Assembly: GCA_965240325.2 (NCBI GenBank)
Contig: OZ251226.1
Location: 2,604,001 to 2,668,000 of the forward strand
Length of the DNA: 64,000 nucleotides
Direction: 5' to 3'
Source of the DNA: Rebecca billardiae RCC1528
Lineage: Eukaryota; Protista; Haptophyta
Part shown: one piece after another, positions 60,145-64,000 of the stretch
Layout: each line of letters opens with the position of its first letter
Position numbering within the stretch: the stretch's first letter is position 1
The notes under the pieces: model-generated
What the model saw: only the letters and a program-made list of their open reading frames with translations
What the model was told of the DNA's origin: nothing
The model's database searches: none
Made by a program: the position numbers and the translations under genes

Positions 60145-62552
60145 AACGCGCTGCCCGCCGCGGCGGTCATGCCGGGCTGCGAGGAGCGGCGGCGCGCGCG
60201 TAGGCGCACGCGCTGGCGGAACGCGCCGCGCGCCGCCGCGCGCGCGCCGCCGTCGCGCTCCGTCGGCTCCGCGTCCGCGCGCGGCGCGCTCGGCGGCGGC
60301 GCGGCGCCGGGCGGCGCGCCGTCTGCGCCCGCGTTGTGTGCAGCTCGCTCGGAGTGCGCGACGCGCGACGCGGGCGCGCGCCGCTGGATCGCCGCGCCGC
60401 TGGCGCGCAGCCGCTGCGCCGCGCCGCTCGCCGCCACGCCGCCGCGCCACCGCGCTTCGCTCGGCCCCGCGCGCGCGACGCGCGCGCCGGCGTCTCGATC
60501 GCCGTCGCCGTCGCCGTCGCCGCCGCCGCCGCCGGGGCGCGCCGCGGGGCGCGCCGTGCGCACGCCCTGGTCTGCGCGGCCGTCCGCGCCGCCCTGCGCC
60601 GCGGCGGGCCCAGGCTCGCGCCGCGCGCCGGGGCCGGCCGACGGCGGCGACGCCCGCGCGACGCCGTGCGCGCCGCTCCCGCTCACCAGGTCGCCCACGG
60701 CGAGGCACAGCGGCACGAGCATGGCCGCGGGCGCGCGCGCCAGCTGCACGCGCTGCCCGCTTGCCGGAAGCTGCAGCGGCGCCTCGTCGCCGCGCCACGT
60801 CTCGGCGGGCGCGGCGGGGGGCTCGCGCGCGGGGCGCGCGTCGGCCGGGCTCCACGCGTCGGTTGGCGCCGCGCGCAGCGTCACCGAGAGCATCCCGTGG
60901 TCCGACAGCGCGTACGACTCGGGCCAGTGCCCGGCCATCAGCGCGCTCGGCTGCAGCTCTGCGCCGGTCGCGCGCAGCGCCCACGCGGCGCGGGCGCCCG
61001 CGCGCGGCGCGGCGTGCGGCGTGAGCGCGAGCGCCCAGCGGGAGAAGAGCTCGACGTACTGCCTGTACGCAACGCACGTGCACGGCGAGAGCGCCGCCGT
61101 GCCGCGCACACCCGCGCCGCCCTCCGCCGCGCCCGCCGCCGCCGTGCGCAGCAGGCAGCCGTCCAGCCCGGCGATCGCGTAGCCGCGCTCGCGCAGCAGC
61201 CGGCGGTACGCCTCGCGCTCGCGGGCGGACTGCTCGGGCGTGCGCGCCGTGCCGCCGGCGAGCAGCCGCTCGCTCGCCGTCTCCCTGAACACCGTGTGCA
61301 CCAGCACGTCGATGAACGCGTCGAGCGGGATCGTGCCGCCCGGCGGGCACGGGCACGCGGCGCCGCCAAAGCACGCCGCGCCGGGCGCGCAGCCGTTCAG
61401 CTCTTGCTCAATCTGCTCGCAGTGGGAGAGGAGGGCGCGGGCGAGGCGTCCGACGTGCACGTCGCGCGCCGCGAGCAGCCGCGCGTCCCACGCCGCCGAG
61501 CGCGCCTCGCTCAGCCACACGTAGTCCACGCCCGAGCAGCGGCCGGTGTGGCAGCGATGGGTGACCCAGGCGGCCGAGCCGTCGAGCGCGCGCAGCGGTC
61601 GCTCGCGCGCGTCGGCCGGCGCGGTGGCGAGGGGGCCGGCGGAGGACGGGAGGCGGCCGAGGTGCCTCGGCGCGTACTGCACGCACCCGCGCTGCTGGTC
61701 CACCGCCGACGCGAAGCCGTGCGCCACCATCGCCTTGTACACGTGCCCGGCGGGCGAGCCGTTGAAGTCGCCGCACACGACGACCGGCGTGTCGTCTGGC
61801 AGCATCTGCTCGCGCTTCAGCGAGTCGATGGCGGACATGATGCAGCGCACCTCGTCGAGCCGGATGGCGGAGAAGAAGGGCGCGTGCGGGTACGTCAGGT
61901 GCGTGTTCACCAGCAGGAACCGCGCGCACGCGCCCTCGCGCCCCGCCGCGCCGCGCTCGAGCGCGCCGCCGCGCCCGCCGGCGCCGGCTGCCGGCGCCAC
62001 CTCGACGTGCATGAGGTGCGCGACGCGGTCGGCGAAGTCGCCAAAGTGGACGACGGTCGGCGGGCCGACGACGCGCGCCCTCGGCCCGAGCAGCGTCAGG
62101 CAGCCGTCCCCGCGCCCCGGCCGCGTGCACAGGTGCGCCGTGTACCCGCCGTCGAGGCAGAGCTCGCGCTCGTACAGCTCTCGATACGCGTCGGGCCCGC
62201 CCGCCCAGTACTCCTGCAGGGCGATGATGTCCGGGCGCGAGCGCTCGAGCTGCCGCACGATCGCCTGGTGCCGCGGCATCCACAGCCCCTCGTCCGTGCT
62301 CTCGCGCACCCCCTCGTTGTTGATGCGGTTGAAGATCGGGTTGAGCACGTTGAACGATGTGATCTGCAGGTCGACCGCGCCCGCCGGCACGGCGGCGCCG
62401 TCGGGCGCGCCGAGCACGGCCATAGGGCCGGGGGCGGTCGCCACGTGGCTCCGCGGGCCAACGCGCCATGCCACGGGGAGCAGCCGCCCGCCGCGGCGCA
62501 CGGGGGCGGCGTAGGAGAGCGCCAGCAGGCACCACGCCTCGGAGAGACCCAT
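58372..62552 (-). CDS. EEP-family phosphatase/nuclease (CCR4/nocturnin superfamily, At1g02270-like) continuous in frame with a zeta-toxin-like P-loop kinase
   Basis: EEP motifs TSFNVL, DIIALQEYW, RGDGCLTL, NTHLTYPH, CGDFNG, VTHR, VDYVW, SDHG. Kinase motifs TPERAALHERI, GVPGSGKD, SADRLK, LHRES, MLEKT, GYEVHV, RARSG..GR. Introns at 59257-59401 and 59000-59153. Confidence 0.75.
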
Positions 62553-62785
62553 CCCCCCGCGATGGCAGCTCCGCTCGGCGTGCGTGCTGACGAAATGAGC
62601 TGTCTCCGCTCGACAGACGAATTCTTCGTCGCGAAAACATCAGCGCGCCATCGTGGCATCGTCGTCGTCGTCAATGCTGATCGAAAGTCCGGTGCTGCGG
62701 GCCTTACAACGTTGAAATTACGAGCCTTTGGCGTCCCTGACGACTGACGGCCAGGCGCGCCCCGGCCCGAGCCCGGCGTGGCACG

Positions 62786-64000
62786 ATGGCGAAGCTACAG
62801 CGCATCCACTCGATGACGAAGCGGTCGATCGCAATGGGTGACACGGACATTGAGCGCGTCGCCGTCGAGCTGGAGGCCATCATGTCCGATGAGCACTTTG
62901 CCGGCCACCCGGCGCTGCGCGAGTGCATGCTGCCGGGCGGCTGGCTCCCGATCGCGTCCGTGCTCAACTACACGCCGCTCGGCCGGGCCGTCTGGCCTTA
63001 CGGCGGCGTGGGCGTGGTCGGCGACTGCCTCACCACACGCGGCTCGCTCGTCGTCGAGCTGAGCGGCGACCGCATGTGCGTGCGCAGCAAGCCGCTGCGC
63101 GTGCAGCTGCGCGAGCAGCTCGAGTTTGTCTTCTCGGACACCAACTACCCGAAGGACATGCACCTGCAGCTGCTCGAGGACGCGGAGGGGTTCGCGAAGC
63201 TCGACGTCGTGTGCTCCACGTACACGCAGACGCGGATGCTCCTCAACCCCGTCCCGACCGACGCGCAGCGCGCGGTGCTCGTGCGCGAGGCGGTCGAGTC
63301 GAGCTCCGAGCTGATCTTCAAGCCGCCGTCCAAGCCGCAGGACGGGATGGGCTTCGTGCGCCGGATGACGCTGAGCGAGAAGATCCGCTCGCAGGTCGAG
63401 TTCTACCTCGAGCAGGAGCGCATGGCCTCCGACCGCTTCCTCATCGAGCAGGCGCGCGACCACGACGGGTACGTGCCGATCGCGACGATCCTCTCGTTCC
63501 CGCGCATGCGCAAGCTGGTGCACCCGCAGGTGGCGGCGGTGGCGCACGTGCTCTCCAAGTCGGCCAAGGTGGAGGTGTCGGCGGACCGCACGCTCGTCCG
63601 CCCGCGCGTCGCGCCGCCCGAGTCGCCCGCGCGCGCCAGCGTGCCCACGGGCACGGCGCGCGCGCAGGTGCTCTTAGTGCTCGAGCGGCTGCTGTCCGAT
63701 GCGTCGCTCACGCTCGACCGGCGAATGCAGGCGGCGATCGTGGCGCACTCGCCGGCGGACGCGCTGCGCAGCGGCGGGTCGGGCGTGCGCCTGCCCGTCG
63801 AGGAGGTGCTGCTGCACCCCGACGTCGCGCGCGTGCTCGGCGCCGCGGGCGCGATGGGCGACGGCGCGGCCGAGCTGCTTGGCCAGCCGCACCCGCCCGG
63901 CTCGTCGGCGGGCGCGGCCGCGGCGCTGCTGCGCAAGAAGCTGGTCGGGCTGCTGCCGCAGGTGGGCGAGTCGTCGCTGCTGTGCCTGTCGGCCGACGGC
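62786..64000 (+). CDS. La-motif (LAM) repeat protein with at least 4 tandem La-like winged-helix domains; runs off the window
   Basis: Absent from the ORF track because there is no stop in the window. Translated by hand: ELEAIMSDEHF..GWLPIASVLNY; QLEFVFSDTNYPKD..GFAKL; IRSQVEFYL..DRFL..DGYVPIATILSFPRMRKL..VEVSADRTLVR; LERLLSDASLTLDRRM..LPVEEVL..LCLSADG. Confidence 0.8.
   Translation, partial: MAKLQRIHSMTKRSIAMGDTDIERVAVELEAIMSDEHFAGHPALRECMLPGGWLPIASVLNYTPLGRAVWPYGGVGVVGDCLTTRGSLVVELSGDRMCVRSKPLRVQLREQLEFVFSDTNYPKDMHLQLLEDAEGFAKLDVVCSTYTQTRMLLNPVPTDAQRAVLVREAVESSSELIFKPPSKPQDGMGFVRRMTLSEKIRSQVEFYLEQERMASDRFLIEQARDHDGYVPIATILSFPRMRKLVHPQVAAVAHVLSKSAKVEVSADRTLVRPRVAPPESPARASVPTGTARAQVLLVLERLLSDASLTLDRRMQAAIVAHSPADALRSGGSGVRLPVEEVLLHPDVARVLGAAGAMGDGAAELLGQPHPPGSSAGAAAALLRKKLVGLLPQVGESSLLCLSADG

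Overview
GC-rich eukaryotic genomic DNA with short GC-rich GT-AG introns. A bipartite (signal + transit) plastid-targeting presequence points to an alga with a secondary red plastid, most plausibly a haptophyte (inference). Two gene-dense blocks are present. The first (1-12 kb) holds a PX-domain gene, plastid rpl10, DDRGK1, a duplicated Cj0069-like gene and a TM-LRR gene. The second (33.8-64 kb) holds a class C GPCR-PH-inositol 5-phosphatase fusion, a tandem two-module CNBD/ankyrin channel with an in-frame UGA at a conserved Cys position, an ARM-repeat gene, p31comet, an EEP phosphatase-zeta-toxin-like kinase fusion and a multi-La-motif gene. Between them (12-33.8 kb) is a repeat-rich block of non-autonomous mobile elements, several sitting in (TA)n tracts. 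The window's mobile elements are: a 7.7-kb foldback element with ~50 palindromic 14-mers and a 7-bp TSD; three elements with asymmetric TIRs and a 3' GNA hairpin (Helitron2/Helentron-like, one at 40-41.5 kb and one carrying a captured NWD gene fragment); an A-BA-B split-direct-repeat element; a 51-bp-TIR element; and a 670-bp-TIR MULE-like element at 53-56 kb. All calls come from reading the sequence by eye; no database searches were run.
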